A DNA stretch of 64,000 nt from a virus. Shown here piece after piece: positions 9,162 to 18,788 of this stretch. A program made the position numbers and the translations under genes. Numbering within the stretch: the first letter of the stretch is position 1; every line of letters starts with the position of its first letter. Where the stretch lies: IMG/VR virus record IMGVR_UViG_3300017728_002360; one strand, given 5' to 3'. The notes under the pieces are model-generated. The model saw only the letters and a list, made by a program, of their open reading frames with translations, made no database searches and was not told where the DNA came from.

Positions 9162-9889
9162 AAATATTATTAACAGGAAGTAAGGGGTTTTTAGGTAGCC
9201 ACCTTGTCAAAAAATTGACGGCTCATCAGGTACATTGTATCGATAGAGCTGATGGCAAAGACTTACTTACCTGTGATTTAAACTATGACGTTGATCTAGT
9301 AATACATCTAGCAGGTGAAAGTGGTATAGCTAAAAGTTTAGACCACCCAGAACTGTATTGGGAAAACAATGTTATAGCAACAAAAAGATTATTTGATCAT
9401 TTCAAAGGCACAAAGATTATGTATGCAAGTTCTAGTACTGCAAAAGAACCAAACAGAAATCCTTATGCTATGACAAAATACACATTAGAAAAACTTGCAC
9501 CACATACAAGTACAGGACTACGTTTTTGCACTATATACAGTAACAGTCAGCAAAGGCCTAATATGTTCGTACCTCGTTTACTACGGAAAGAAATAGAGTA
9601 TATTCATACTAATCATAAACGAGACTTTATCCATATAGATGATGTTTGTAGTGCCATTACGTTTCTTATGAATCGTGAAGCACACGGTGTATATGATATT
9701 GGAACGGGTATAAGCACACCCCTAAAAGAGATTACGGATTTTTTCGATATAAACGTTGAAGAAAAGATCGGTGGTGAAAACGAAAGGTTATGCAATAAAG
9801 CTGACATTTCGAAATTAACAGACTTTGGTTGGAAACCTCAAATTAAATTATTTGAGTACTTAAAGTCGCAAAAGGACTTGACTTTATGA
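9158..9889 (+). CDS. NAD-dependent epimerase/dehydratase (extended SDR)
   Basis: TGSKGFLG, HLAG, YASSS, YxxxK (YAMTK), RDFIHIDD. Confidence 0.88.
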   Translation: MKILLTGSKGFLGSHLVKKLTAHQVHCIDRADGKDLLTCDLNYDVDLVIHLAGESGIAKSLDHPELYWENNVIATKRLFDHFKGTKIMYASSSTAKEPNRNPYAMTKYTLEKLAPHTSTGLRFCTIYSNSQQRPNMFVPRLLRKEIEYIHTNHKRDFIHIDDVCSAITFLMNREAHGVYDIGTGISTPLKEITDFFDINVEEKIGGENERLCNKADISKLTDFGWKPQIKLFEYLKSQKDLTL

Positions 9890-9906
9890 CAAAAGTTATG
9901 TACAAT
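9878..9906 (+). promoter_or_regulatory. Sigma70-type promoter for the clamp-transglycosylase operon
   Basis: TTGACT-17 nt-TACAAT upstream of GGAG and ATG 9927. Confidence 0.6.
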
Positions 9907-9926
9907 ATAACAATGGAGAAAAATCA

Positions 9927-10658
9927 ATGAAAGATATCTTACAAGACGTGGTTGCACATACACACTCGCTAGGTTTTCTTAATCTAGTAAAGGTTACGGG
10001 AGATGATGCAAATACACAAATCGAAAGTATGGCAGAAGACAGAAGTGTTATTCTAACTGCTGATACTAAAAATCCTGTGACAGAGTTCGCGGCAACCTTT
10101 GGTATGCCTAACTTAGATAAACTGGCTTTACACTTAAAGAATCCAGAGTATCAAAAGAACGCAAAACTTTCTGTAGAGAAAGCAACTAGGAACGGAGCAG
10201 AAGTTCCGACACACATTCACTTTGAGAATGAAGCAGGTGACTTCCAGAATGATTATAGATTTATGAATCAGGAGATCATTAATGAGAAACTTAAAAGTGT
10301 TAAGTTTAAAGGTGCTAGTTGGGAAGTAGAATTAGAGCCAACTATTGCAAGTATTACAAGAATGAAATTGCAAAGTGCGGCACACACAGAAGAAACTGTG
10401 TTTACTGTTAAAACTGAGAATAACAATCTTGTGTTTTACTTTGGTGATCATAGTACACACGCAGGATCATTTGATTTTGCAAAAGGTATTACAGGTGAAC
10501 TTAAACACGCATGGAGTTGGCCGGTAGCACAGGTACAATCAATTCTAGGACTAGATGGAAAACTTACAATGAAGATTTCCGATCAAGGTGCTATGCAAAT
10601 TAGTGTTGATAGCGGAATGGGTGTATACAATTACATTTTGCCTGCACAATCTAAGTAG
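9927..10658 (+). CDS. Putative DNA polymerase sliding clamp (gp45-like)
   Basis: 243 aa, the size and beta-rich two-domain pattern of a clamp, ending in YNYILPA; close to the polymerase. Confidence 0.65.
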   Translation: MKDILQDVVAHTHSLGFLNLVKVTGDDANTQIESMAEDRSVILTADTKNPVTEFAATFGMPNLDKLALHLKNPEYQKNAKLSVEKATRNGAEVPTHIHFENEAGDFQNDYRFMNQEIINEKLKSVKFKGASWEVELEPTIASITRMKLQSAAHTEETVFTVKTENNNLVFYFGDHSTHAGSFDFAKGITGELKHAWSWPVAQVQSILGLDGKLTMKISDQGAMQISVDSGMGVYNYILPAQSK

Positions 10659-10667
10659 GAGAAGTGA

Positions 10668-12212
10668 GTGAATACGAATCTAACTAATGCACAAAAAGAC
10701 TACGCAGTATTTCTCCCTGCCATTAGTGGGTTCTTTGCAACGTTTGTAGGCAAACAACGTTATGAGGAATATGTTGAGAAAAGTAGAATACCAAAGAACT
10801 TTCCGACTGAAGTAGAAAGCATGAACTGGCTTGAACCTAAAGCTAGTATGTTTCAATATCACTGGAGTTTATATTCGGCAGGACACGCCGAGTTAGATGT
10901 AAACAAAGACTCGCCTAAAGAGGATATGATCCGTAATAGAGATCGTAACAACAGTTGGTTGTTAGGAGACTCAGGTGGTTTCCAAATAGGTAAGGGTGTA
11001 TGGGAAGGTGACTGGAAAGATCCTAATTGTCCTAAAGCTAAAAAGAAACGTGAACAAGTCCTTACGTGGATGGACGCATATATGGATTATGGTATGATAC
11101 TTGATATTCCTGCCTGGGTGTCAAGAAGCCCTGCTGGTGCAAAAGCAACGGGTATTGACAACTATCAGGATGCCGTAAACGCCACTCGTATTAACAACGA
11201 TTACTTTATGAAAAACCGTAATGGTAATTGTAAGTTCCTAAATGTATTACAAGGTGAAAATCATACAGATGCTGAAGATTGGTATCAGCAAATGAAAGAC
11301 TACTGTGATCCTAAGAAATATACAGATCACTTTAATGGTTGGTCCATGGGTGGCCAGAATATGTGTGATATTCATTTAGTATTAAAAAGATTAGTAGCAC
11401 TACGTTTTGATGGTTTACTAGAAAAAGGAAAGCATGACTTTATGCACTTCCTAGGTACAAGTAAACTAGAGTGGGCTACTTTATTAACCGATGTACAACG
11501 AGCAGTTCGTAAATACCATAACGAAAACTATACTGTAACGTTTGATTGTGCAAGTCCTTTCTTAGCAACTGCTAACGGACAACTGTACATTCAAACAGAA
11601 ACAAATGATAGAACTAAATGGGTTTATAGAATGGTTCCAAGTATTGATGATAAGAAGTATTCAAGCGATACTAGAAACTTCCGTGACGCAGTATTGGCAG
11701 ATGGCATCTTTAAAAACTTTACAGACAGTCCGATAACAAAAGGATTAACTGTTAAAGATATTTGCATCTATGCTCCAGGAGACCTAAATAAGATAGGTAA
11801 AGAAGGTAAGACTAGTTGGGATAGCTTTAGTTATGCTATTCAGATGGGTCATAACGTATGGAGTCATATTAATGCAGTACAAGAAGCTAATAGATGCTAC
11901 GACAACGGTATATATCCTAGTATGCTAGTACAGGAGAAGTTCGATAGATTATACTTTAGAGATGTTATAGATGCCATTTTTGCAACTGATGACAGAGATA
12001 AAGCAAATCAAATTGTCGAAGAGTTCTCAAGATTCTGGATGTCAATCATTGGCACTAGAGGGGCAACTGGTAAGAAGACTGTAAATGCACAAACACATTT
12101 TAACGCATTGTTTGATGACGCAGATAGCACACCGGTTGTTGAAGAAACAAACGTTGAAGATTTACAGGAAAGTAAATTGGAGGAGTTAGAACATGAGCAA
12201 CAAAGCAAGTAA
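10668..12212 (+). CDS. dpdA: TGT-fold base-exchange transglycosylase, DpdA-like (7-deazaguanine insertion into DNA)
   Basis: TGT motifs GDSGGFQ, MILDIP, NVLQG, HFLG, TFDCASP, HN. The tRNA-TGT CxCxxC zinc site is absent. Context includes folE, queE and a QueD-like gene. Confidence 0.75.
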   Translation: MNTNLTNAQKDYAVFLPAISGFFATFVGKQRYEEYVEKSRIPKNFPTEVESMNWLEPKASMFQYHWSLYSAGHAELDVNKDSPKEDMIRNRDRNNSWLLGDSGGFQIGKGVWEGDWKDPNCPKAKKKREQVLTWMDAYMDYGMILDIPAWVSRSPAGAKATGIDNYQDAVNATRINNDYFMKNRNGNCKFLNVLQGENHTDAEDWYQQMKDYCDPKKYTDHFNGWSMGGQNMCDIHLVLKRLVALRFDGLLEKGKHDFMHFLGTSKLEWATLLTDVQRAVRKYHNENYTVTFDCASPFLATANGQLYIQTETNDRTKWVYRMVPSIDDKKYSSDTRNFRDAVLADGIFKNFTDSPITKGLTVKDICIYAPGDLNKIGKEGKTSWDSFSYAIQMGHNVWSHINAVQEANRCYDNGIYPSMLVQEKFDRLYFRDVIDAIFATDDRDKANQIVEEFSRFWMSIIGTRGATGKKTVNAQTHFNALFDDADSTPVVEETNVEDLQESKLEELEHEQQSK

Positions 12213-12378
12213 GAGTGAAAAGAAACTACAAGAAGAACACAAATGGTATGACAAGATCACAGGATCACTTACGAAGGAACGTAAGTTTGATAGGTCTTGG
12301 CAAACAGAAGAGCTTTTAAAAAGAACTAAAAAAATTAAATTAGCAATCAAAGATAAGATAGAAAATACTAAAAAATGA
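12193..12378 (+). CDS. Small coiled-coil hypothetical protein
   Basis: 61 aa, GGAGG RBS, K..KLAIKDKI. Confidence 0.55.
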   Translation: MSNKASKSEKKLQEEHKWYDKITGSLTKERKFDRSWQTEELLKRTKKIKLAIKDKIENTKK

Positions 12379-12959
12379 ACGCAACTGCACTATTTTCAAC
12401 TTTATTATTAGAGGAACATCTTGATTTAGATAACGAGTCTGTTAAACAGGCTTGTTATGATATCCAACAAGACAATCCACATAATGAACAAGAAGGTGGT
12501 TGGCAGAGCGATTGGCTTTTAGATGATGATAGATTTAACAGTCTTAAACACGCAGTCGATGATATGGCTAAGAAAGTGCAAGAAGAATACTATAATCTTA
12601 ATTGTACTATAGAAAGAAAAGCTGAATGGATAAACATTAACTATCCGCAAGGTGCAGAAACTAATATCAATCAAGTTCATATGCACGATAGAAATGTTTT
12701 AAGTTTTGTTTACTATGTACAAGCAGATAATGATTGTGGTAACCTAACTTTGTTTGCACCACATCAGCTATATGATTATGCAGTTCCGTATAGATATATT
12801 AAACAACCTAATGAATGGAATAGCACTAGGTTTAGAATACAACCACAAGCAGGCAAGTTGGTTTGTTTTCCAAGTTACTTGTTACATAATGCTAATGCAA
12901 ACAAAAGCAAAAGAGATAGGATTAGTATTGCATTTAACGGAGACATAAATGAAACGTGA
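12375..12959 (+). CDS. 2OG-Fe(II) oxygenase-like protein (TIGR02466-type)
   Basis: GGWQS, WININ, HMH, LSFVYY, FPSYLLH, RISIAFN. Confidence 0.8.
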   Translation: MNATALFSTLLLEEHLDLDNESVKQACYDIQQDNPHNEQEGGWQSDWLLDDDRFNSLKHAVDDMAKKVQEEYYNLNCTIERKAEWININYPQGAETNINQVHMHDRNVLSFVYYVQADNDCGNLTLFAPHQLYDYAVPYRYIKQPNEWNSTRFRIQPQAGKLVCFPSYLLHNANANKSKRDRISIAFNGDINET

Positions 12960-13503
12960 TTACACAGACGGCGAACAAGATAACGTAACGTTGTTTACTG
13001 GTGTTGAAGTAGAACATACTCCTGCATACGGACAAAGGACTTTGTTTGTAGTAGGAATACATAATCCAATTGACTTGATGCAAAAAGCAAGAGAACAAGA
13101 CTGTACACACATTTACTTAGGTGCTAATCAAAGTTTTAATCCTGATCCAAAGAATACAGATAACATAGAAGACTGGCATGATATGATTAGTGTTCTTTTA
13201 GACGAGAATTGGTTAGTTACACTAGACTATGATGTTAAGTATCATGAACTTGTATTAGATAACTTACACGAATCTAGTCAACCATTTTCTACAGTGAACA
13301 GTAATTTTATTCCGCAGATCAGTGTTAAGATTCCAAACATATCTGAATTAAGCTATAATGCTTGTATTAAGATTGACGACACTGACTTTAACCATTCGAA
13401 CCCAGGTGTATGGGTTCATCAAGTACACGACTTAATGGATCGTTCAAAATTTACAGATTGGACACAATATACCAAAGACAAACCAATAAAAGAGGTTGAT
13501 TAA
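12949..13503 (+). CDS. Hypothetical protein within the deazaguanine cluster
   Basis: 184 aa; FTGVEVEHTP..G.RTLFV, HIYLGANQSF, KIDD.DF..SNPGVW, FTDW..Y; function unknown. Confidence 0.7.
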   Translation: MKRDYTDGEQDNVTLFTGVEVEHTPAYGQRTLFVVGIHNPIDLMQKAREQDCTHIYLGANQSFNPDPKNTDNIEDWHDMISVLLDENWLVTLDYDVKYHELVLDNLHESSQPFSTVNSNFIPQISVKIPNISELSYNACIKIDDTDFNHSNPGVWVHQVHDLMDRSKFTDWTQYTKDKPIKEVD

Positions 13504-13507
13504 TACT

Positions 13508-13981
13508 ATGGATGATGTTACAATAAAAGAACTTAAACATTTGTCTACAGACGAGTTTATTAGGCAAAAATACAAAGAGGAAGGCAAAGCAAAGACTATG
13601 GATAATGCAAAGAGAATGATTTGGGTTACTTTTAGAAAAGAAGGTATTCACAAATATCCTGCGGCACTTGACGATCCTAAACTTGCAACAGGCGACGAGT
13701 ATGATGTTTCATTTTTAGGCTACCCACACAGACATATTTTTCATTTTAAAGTTGCTATTGAAGTATTCCACGATGACAGAGATATTGAATTTATTCAGTT
13801 CAAACGTTGGTTGGAAAAAATGTATAGCGAAAAGACTTTAGAACTTGATTATAAATCTTGCGAAATGATCAGTGATGATTTATGGGCTAAGATTAATGAA
13901 AAGTATCCAGGAAGAGAAGTTCACATTGACGTAAGTGAAGATGGAGAGAATGGTGCTCACATCGTATACGCAAAATACTAG
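13508..13981 (+). CDS. dpdL: QueD/PTPS-like T-fold protein with LxxxHRHxF motif (DpdL-like)
   Basis: EGIH, FLGYPHRHIF, SCEM, VSEDGENG. It lacks the QueD CxxxHGH cysteine. The DpdL signature is recalled from the literature and not searched. Confidence 0.65.
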   Translation: MDDVTIKELKHLSTDEFIRQKYKEEGKAKTMDNAKRMIWVTFRKEGIHKYPAALDDPKLATGDEYDVSFLGYPHRHIFHFKVAIEVFHDDRDIEFIQFKRWLEKMYSEKTLELDYKSCEMISDDLWAKINEKYPGREVHIDVSEDGENGAHIVYAKY

Positions 13982-13994
13982 AGGAGATATTGAC

Positions 13995-14210
13995 GTGTCA
14001 TATTTTGCTAAGAACCCCGAAGTCGTAAAAATCTTTGACGACTTAGACAAGTTTCGTGACTTTTGTCGTTTCGAAGGTTACAGATTTAATGAAAAAGATC
14101 TGTATAGTGAAAAGGCTAGAGCTTATCAGGCTTTTTTAGATCCTGTAAAAGCTCGTAAAGAAAGACGTGAGAAGAAACAAGCACGTTTTAAGAAAAGGAG
14201 ATATAATTGA
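13995..14210 (+). CDS. Hypothetical protein
   Basis: GAGGAG RBS then GTG 13995; IFDDLDKFRDFCRFEGY. Confidence 0.6.
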   Translation: MSYFAKNPEVVKIFDDLDKFRDFCRFEGYRFNEKDLYSEKARAYQAFLDPVKARKERREKKQARFKKRRYN

Positions 14211-15271
14211 TATATATTGTAGATATTGAAGCAGTTGATACACGTTACACAAAGCAGTGGAAGGAATATCTTCCAAAGCAATTAAAACGTGCTACCAACA
14301 AAGAAGTTCAAGTAATTAACGGAGGTGACACTCCACAGGCAACAACACCTGGTGCTTTCTTAAACTTTGGCGGAACAAATGTCTACAAGAGTAAGCAGTT
14401 AGAAATTATAGGGGAAATGTTCTGTGCAGGACAAGTTAAGGACGGCGATTATTTTCTCTATACCGATGCCTGGAATCCTACAGTTATTCAACTACGGTAT
14501 ATGGCAGAACTATTGGGTGTTGACATTCGCATTGGTGGTTTGTGGCACGCAGGTAGTTATGATCCACAAGACTTTTTAGGTAGACTTATAGGTGACAAAC
14601 CTTGGGTTAGAAATGCAGAACGTTCTATGTTTGAATGTTATGATAACAACTTCTTTGCAAGTGACTTTCATATAGATATGTTTGTAGAAGCATTTTGGGG
14701 AGTAGCTAAACAATTAAACAATGGTAAGGTACAACGTGTAGGTTGGCCTATGGAATACTTACGTAACAGTTTAGATAGTTATAGAGGTATGCCTAAGGAA
14801 AATATTATACTGTTTCCGCATAGGATTGCTCCTGAGAAACAACCTGAAATATTTAGAGATTTAAGAACACACTTACCAGACTGTGAGCTTATTATATGTC
14901 AAGAACAAGAACTTTCTAAGATGGAATATCATAACTTGTTAGGTAGAGCAAAGCTAGTGTTTAGTGCTAACTTACAAGAAACATTAGGTATTAGTTGGTA
15001 TGAAGGTGCTATAGTAGACACACTACCAATGGTTCCAGATAGATTAAGTTACAGTGAAATGGCACTAGATGAATTTAAGTATCCAAGTCGATGGACTACA
15101 GATTTTAAAGAATACGAAGCAAATAGAGAACAACTTGTTAAAAGAATAAATGACTACATGATAAATTATGAAACTTATCTTCCAGCTTTACAAAAACAAG
15201 TTAAAAAATTACAAAACGACTTTTTTGCAGGTACTGAACTTTATGGAGCAATAAGCAATGACAAAGACTAG
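14207..15271 (+). CDS. GT-B (GT4-like) glycosyltransferase
   Basis: FPHRIAPEKQ, FSANLQETLGISWYEG (ExxGxxxxE), PMVPDRLSYSE. Confidence 0.8.
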   Translation: MIYIVDIEAVDTRYTKQWKEYLPKQLKRATNKEVQVINGGDTPQATTPGAFLNFGGTNVYKSKQLEIIGEMFCAGQVKDGDYFLYTDAWNPTVIQLRYMAELLGVDIRIGGLWHAGSYDPQDFLGRLIGDKPWVRNAERSMFECYDNNFFASDFHIDMFVEAFWGVAKQLNNGKVQRVGWPMEYLRNSLDSYRGMPKENIILFPHRIAPEKQPEIFRDLRTHLPDCELIICQEQELSKMEYHNLLGRAKLVFSANLQETLGISWYEGAIVDTLPMVPDRLSYSEMALDEFKYPSRWTTDFKEYEANREQLVKRINDYMINYETYLPALQKQVKKLQNDFFAGTELYGAISNDKD

Positions 15272-15689
15272 TGATGATAAAAAATATACTATTAACATCG
15301 GTAAAAGTACAGTATCAGATACGGTATCAGTAGTTCCTTCAGTAACATATACGGCAGGTTCAACTGTAGGCGGCATTAATACTGTTGGCATTGATGCAGA
15401 TGATATAACTTTTTCTGGTTGTAGCACAGGTATTGCAACACCGCAGTATACATACACATTCGATTCTACAGTTGATACGTTATCAGGAGTGAATGATACG
15501 GGTGGCGAGTTTTCAATTAACTTTGATGACTTAGAAAGCAGACCTGAAGTATGGCCTTCACAACACACTATTGAAGAAATGATCAAAGAATATCCTGCAT
15601 TGGCTTTGCAGTATCATAGATTTATAGAGCTTTACAATTTATGTAAAGACGATTACTACAGTGGTAAACAAAATGATGAACTTTTTTAA
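15258..15689 (+). CDS. Hypothetical protein with T/S/G-rich N-terminal half
   Basis: 143 aa; C-terminal MIKEYPAL...F..LYNL. Confidence 0.6.
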   Translation: MTKTSDDKKYTINIGKSTVSDTVSVVPSVTYTAGSTVGGINTVGIDADDITFSGCSTGIATPQYTYTFDSTVDTLSGVNDTGGEFSINFDDLESRPEVWPSQHTIEEMIKEYPALALQYHRFIELYNLCKDDYYSGKQNDELF

Positions 15690-16155
15690 GGATAGAAAAA
15701 GAACAATATATGATCGAACAGGAACAGTACCATATCTAATTAGATGGTATATATTCCTTAAGGATCGTAAGAGCTTCCCGTTCAACATCACTTTACATAA
15801 AATACTAGTAAGTGATGAGGCAGTACTACATGACCATCCCTGGAGTTGGGGTACAATGATCCTAAAAGGTGGGTATTGGGAACACACGCCGTTAAGAGCC
15901 ATGGAAGGTCATGTAGTAGGTAGTACAAAAAAATGGTGGGGACCAGGTACTGTAAGATTTAGAAAAGCTGATGATTTGCATTAGCTAGAACTTGAGAAGG
16001 ACAAAGATGGTAACGAGATACCGTGTTGGAGTTTATTCTATATGGGTAAGAAATCCAAAGAATGGGGCTTTATGCGACACGTTAAGGACTTAGGTTATCG
16101 TTGGATACTTCATACAGATTATTTGAAAGATAAGAAAACAGATGAGACAGCCTAA
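15673..16155 (+). pseudogene. Cupin-fold protein interrupted by an in-frame TAG at 15982-15984
   Basis: HDHPW..ILKGGYWEH motif before the stop. The same frame continues after TAG as LELEKDKDGNEIPCWSLFYMGKKSKEWGF...ETA* to TAA at 16153-16155. Confidence 0.65.
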
Positions 16156-17320
16156 AGTAACAGAAATGCTAGATGGAAGAATGTACATCTTTGATGATGC
16201 ATTTGAGCCACCTGAACTAAATGAACTTGTTCGTGATGTACAAAACTGGCCATACTTATATGGTGAAGTTGATGACGGTGATTTACCGCCAACAGGAATG
16301 AGTACAGGAGAATATACAGGTAGTAAAACATTTCATGCACTTTGGGAGTTCTGTGAAAAGTATGTACCACAAGTAAATGGTTGCATACTAAAAAGATCAC
16401 ACGCAAATATATTTGCTCCAAGAGAGCCTGCGTACTATCACGTAGACGATGAAAGTGATGAAGCATGGACTTTTATGTTTTATGCAAACAATAACTGGGA
16501 TATAAATGACGGTGGTGAAACAAAGTTTATTACCAACTTACAAAATAAAAAAGAAGGCTATGAAGGTACAGAGTATCCAGAGATAATTGCTATTCCGCCT
16601 ATTCCAGGTAGAATACTTCTTTGGAAAAGCAACGTATTACATACTGCAACACCTATGAGAAACACACATAGATTTACTCCTACGTTTAAATTTATTAAGT
16701 TCTTAGAAGAAATGCACGGCAAAGGTGAAGGTGGTATTGTTATGGGTAAGCAAGAAACTTATCCTTGGCATAAAGAATATGTTCCACCTATGCCTATTAC
16801 AACTGAATTACATAACATAGTAAACATTAATGTATATGAAACTAACTTGACTAACGTAGACGATAAACAAATAATAGATTGTGTTAGTAGACGTGTTACA
16901 AGGATTGATAATAATCCTGAGGACACACACTACGAAGATTTTGAGTTTCCAAACAATCCGTGTTGTTTACACTTTATGAGTGAAGTAGAAAAAGCAGTTA
17001 AGCAATACACAGATGAAGATTTAGAATTAACAGGAATCTGGACACACAAAACAGAACCAAATGGTAGTACTGCCTTTCATAGTCATACTAAAAGCAAATG
17101 GTCTTTTGTGTATTACCCAGCACACGTGGAAGGCCAAGGTAACTTACACTTCACAGTATTTGTAAATGATATGCCACGTTTCGAAAAAGAGATACAACCT
17201 AAGCCGGGTATGCTCTTAATATTTGATTCAAAGATTTCTCACTACACAGGGAAAAATGTAACAAACAGTGATAGGTATTCTATCAGTGGTAACTTTAATA
17301 TTAGGAGTAATAATGATTAA
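16142..17320 (+). CDS. Tandem two-domain 2OG-Fe(II) oxygenase
   Basis: Domain 1: YHVD, W...GGET, H, R. Domain 2: FHSH, WSFVYYP, H, RYSISGN. Confidence 0.8.
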   Translation: MRQPKVTEMLDGRMYIFDDAFEPPELNELVRDVQNWPYLYGEVDDGDLPPTGMSTGEYTGSKTFHALWEFCEKYVPQVNGCILKRSHANIFAPREPAYYHVDDESDEAWTFMFYANNNWDINDGGETKFITNLQNKKEGYEGTEYPEIIAIPPIPGRILLWKSNVLHTATPMRNTHRFTPTFKFIKFLEEMHGKGEGGIVMGKQETYPWHKEYVPPMPITTELHNIVNINVYETNLTNVDDKQIIDCVSRRVTRIDNNPEDTHYEDFEFPNNPCCLHFMSEVEKAVKQYTDEDLELTGIWTHKTEPNGSTAFHSHTKSKWSFVYYPAHVEGQGNLHFTVFVNDMPRFEKEIQPKPGMLLIFDSKISHYTGKNVTNSDRYSISGNFNIRSNND

Positions 17321-17855
17321 GAAAAAATATTATAGTTGGAAAGACGTGGAGAATATGTGTACAAGTATCGTAAGCGATATGTACAATGACTCTTGGAGAC
17401 CCGACTATATTGTAGGTATTACCAGAGGTGGTAATGTACCAGCAACTATTATTAGTAACATGACTGGCATACGTTGTGAGTCTATTAAGATTAGTCTACG
17501 TGATAACGAATCAGGTAGAGCAGGTGATAGTGTTGACTGGATGGCCGATGATGCTTTTGGTATTCTAGATGGCAAGGTTGCATCAGGTAGCCCAACTAGT
17601 AAGAAAATTTTAATCGTAGATGACATCAACGACACTGGTGCTACATTTAACTGGATTAAAAAAGATTGGGAGTCAAGACACAATGACCCAGACAAGTGGG
17701 CTAGGATATGGGGTGGCAATGTTAAATTTGCTACACTTACAGAAAACCTAGCTAGTAAGTTTGGATCTGTTTCTTACTTCTGTGACGAAGTTAACAAAGC
17801 TGAGGAAGACGTTTGGTTAGTTTATCCTTGGGAGAACGTGGGAAAGTATGATTAA
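17313..17855 (+). CDS. Type I phosphoribosyltransferase (purine PRTase-like)
   Basis: IVGITRGG, ILIVDDINDTGAT PRPP-binding motif, WLVYPWE; AGGAG RBS before ATG 17313. Confidence 0.88.
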   Translation: MIKKKYYSWKDVENMCTSIVSDMYNDSWRPDYIVGITRGGNVPATIISNMTGIRCESIKISLRDNESGRAGDSVDWMADDAFGILDGKVASGSPTSKKILIVDDINDTGATFNWIKKDWESRHNDPDKWARIWGGNVKFATLTENLASKFGSVSYFCDEVNKAEEDVWLVYPWENVGKYD

Positions 17856-18549
17856 CATAGGTTGGTGTTGGACAGGAAGTATACCAGAACTACTGGTTGT
17901 AGAGCCTGAAAGATTCAAGACACCAAAGATAGTAAACAAAGATTATAATAATAGAGGTGTAATAGATTGTCCTTCTTATCAAGGCTTCTATAATAATCTA
18001 TTTCTTTTAAAGTCGCCTGTGTCTTTTACTGCTACGCCTAAAGATGGTGCAGTAGAAATTTCAAGTGACGAAGTAGATACACAACAATTACAAAATTTAG
18101 TTACACTACATCAGCCTAATGAAATGTATGATGTTAAAAAGCCTATGTTTCAATTTAATTTAAACTATTTGTTTATAGCAGATGATCCATGCTTAATGGA
18201 AATACTGCCACCTTTTATGCACATGGATAAATTTCCAGGTGAAGTTATTGGCGGTAGTTATAACATACATAGTTGGATAAGAAGTATTAGTTGGGGATTT
18301 GTGTTTAACGATACCAAAAAGAAATTGGTTATTAAACGTGGAGATCCATTATGCTACGTTAAGTTTACAACACCAAAATTAAATTCATTTGTCCAATTAA
18401 AAGAATGTATTCTTACAGATGACATTATTAAGGAATTAGATAGAAAAAGATTCTTGACACAATTCAAAAAAGGTGGTATAATAAACTTAATGACTAGAGC
18501 TTTGAAATTAAGACCAAAAAAATTAATTAAAATTAAACCCAAGATATGA
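17848..18549 (+). CDS. Hypothetical protein
   Basis: 233 aa; CP, G...I..W.R, IKRGDPL. Confidence 0.65.
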   Translation: MINIGWCWTGSIPELLVVEPERFKTPKIVNKDYNNRGVIDCPSYQGFYNNLFLLKSPVSFTATPKDGAVEISSDEVDTQQLQNLVTLHQPNEMYDVKKPMFQFNLNYLFIADDPCLMEILPPFMHMDKFPGEVIGGSYNIHSWIRSISWGFVFNDTKKKLVIKRGDPLCYVKFTTPKLNSFVQLKECILTDDIIKELDRKRFLTQFKKGGIINLMTRALKLRPKKLIKIKPKI

Positions 18550-18788
18550 CCGATAATATAGTTAAATTTCCTGATATAAAAGATAGGGTACACGTATTAA
18601 ACTTTAAAGTGCCAGCGGTTATCAGTATGCACAAAAAAGCAGATAGCGATATAGCATTGGAAATAAGACGTTTGAATGAACACGAAGGTATAGGACAAGC
18701 CTGGGTACCTGCAAAGAATATAACAGAAGCTAAAAGGAAACTACACGATATGATCAAAGTTACTGAATGGATTGACATAGATGCGTGA
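18546..18788 (+). CDS. Hypothetical protein
   Basis: 80 aa, ATGA-coupled. Confidence 0.55.
   Translation: MTDNIVKFPDIKDRVHVLNFKVPAVISMHKKADSDIALEIRRLNEHEGIGQAWVPAKNITEAKRKLHDMIKVTEWIDIDA

Noticed and set aside
10668-12212. Ordinary tRNA-guanine transglycosylase (tgt)
   Set aside because: It lacks the bacterial Tgt N-terminal TPxFMPVGT and the CxCxxC zinc site, and lies beside replication genes. A DNA target is more likely but unproven.
15982-15984. Genome-wide TAG reassignment (alternative genetic code)
   Set aside because: Long genes are intact under code 11, and TAG ends genes at 4752, 10658, 13981, 23088 and 26148 right before the next gene
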